Shown: one piece after another, positions 63,589 through 64,000 of the stretch
How positions within the stretch are numbered: the stretch's first letter is position 1
Layout of the letters: the number at the start of each line of letters is the position of its first letter
Assembly (NCBI GenBank): GCA_965249485.1
Contig: OZ252239.1
Span: 1,472,001 to 1,536,000 of the forward strand
Source: a bacterium
GTDB taxonomy: Bacteria > SM23-31
Length of the DNA: 64,000 bases
Direction: 5' to 3'
Position numbers and translations under genes: made by a program
Notes under the pieces: model-generated
The model's database searches: none
The model's input: only the letters and a program-made list of their open reading frames with translations
Told to the model about the DNA's origin: nothing

Positions 63589-64000
63589 ATGAAATTATTA
63601 AAAGTATTTGACAGGGGTTTAATCAGTCCATTCCAAGATTTCCAATACGAAAAGGGGGAATGGTATACGTGCACATACTTTGATCCTGATCCTGACATTG
63701 AGTGTTCCGAGGGGTTTTATGCTACCGAGATTGATGGATTGCCGTACTGCTTCAATATTCGAAAGATAGTACATGAGGTTGAGGTTGATGGGCGGTCTGT
63801 TGAAATTAGCCAATATAAGCGGAGATACGAAAAGATTCGGGTTGGCAGACGGATTTGGAGGCCTGAGTTGATTCGATTAGCACAAGAGAAATCTAACAGT
63901 GTCGGCTATAAACTTGATGAGGTTTTATTCCCATTTAATCCATTAACAGGCAATGCAAATAACCCAACATCCAAAGATATTAAGAGCCTCGAAAAATATA
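63589..64000 (+). CDS. Phage-like hypothetical protein, truncated by the window edge
   Basis: Not in the ORF track. AAGGAG RBS; MKLLKVFDRGL..FQYEKGEWY..CSEGFYA..VEVDG resembles phage accessory proteins. Confidence 0.65.
   Translation, partial: MKLLKVFDRGLISPFQDFQYEKGEWYTCTYFDPDPDIECSEGFYATEIDGLPYCFNIRKIVHEVEVDGRSVEISQYKRRYEKIRVGRRIWRPELIRLAQEKSNSVGYKLDEVLFPFNPLTGNANNPTSKDIKSLEKY

Larger units (their letters stand above)
62840..64000 (+). mobile_element. Probable left edge of a prophage or phage-like island
   Basis: Abrupt switch from housekeeping genes to tightly packed, short, co-directional ORFs with strong RBSs; no integrase is visible. Confidence 0.5.

Noticed and set aside
1..64000. 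CRISPR arrays, IS elements, rRNA or known anti-phage defence genes
   Set aside because: I saw no regularly spaced repeats, transposase motifs or rRNA. The E1/JAMM/ubiquitin-like genes have a cysteine-synthase context and no E2 or nucleotidyltransferase, so they are not CBASS/Bil-type defence.

Overview
Bacterial chromosomal window, about 55 CDS. It looks like an uncultured Gram-negative organism, possibly from the FCB group; the taxonomy is inference only. Housekeeping genes (fadD, purM, plsY, gpsA, asnS, apt, dtd, trxA, hisS, uvrA, folK, folB, tRNA-Thr(CGT)) are intact. Main points of interest: (1) A sulfur-carrier-dependent cysteine biosynthesis operon (CysM-like enzyme, JAMM peptidase, and a CysO/MoaD-E1-rhodanese fusion). 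It is preceded by an unannotated 33-codon leader with five Cys codons, an intrinsic terminator and a well-placed antiterminator, i.e. a candidate cysteine-sensing transcription attenuator. (2) A porin-multiheme cytochrome cluster (4-heme, ~8-heme lipoprotein, beta-barrel, reconstructed 14-heme protein) behind divergent sigma54-type promoters, carrying four separate lesions. (3) An orphan promoter-to-terminator unit of ~220 nt (candidate sRNA). (4) Scattered and often damaged motility relics (cheX, motB-like, flgM with a sigma28 promoter, N-truncated fliG, frameshifted fapA). (5) A DUF4416-PurM fusion, a two-subunit RND system with large insertions, a degenerate SuhB, a Na+-pumping decarboxylase, and a phage-like region at the right edge. 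All calls come from reading motifs by eye; no database searches were run.
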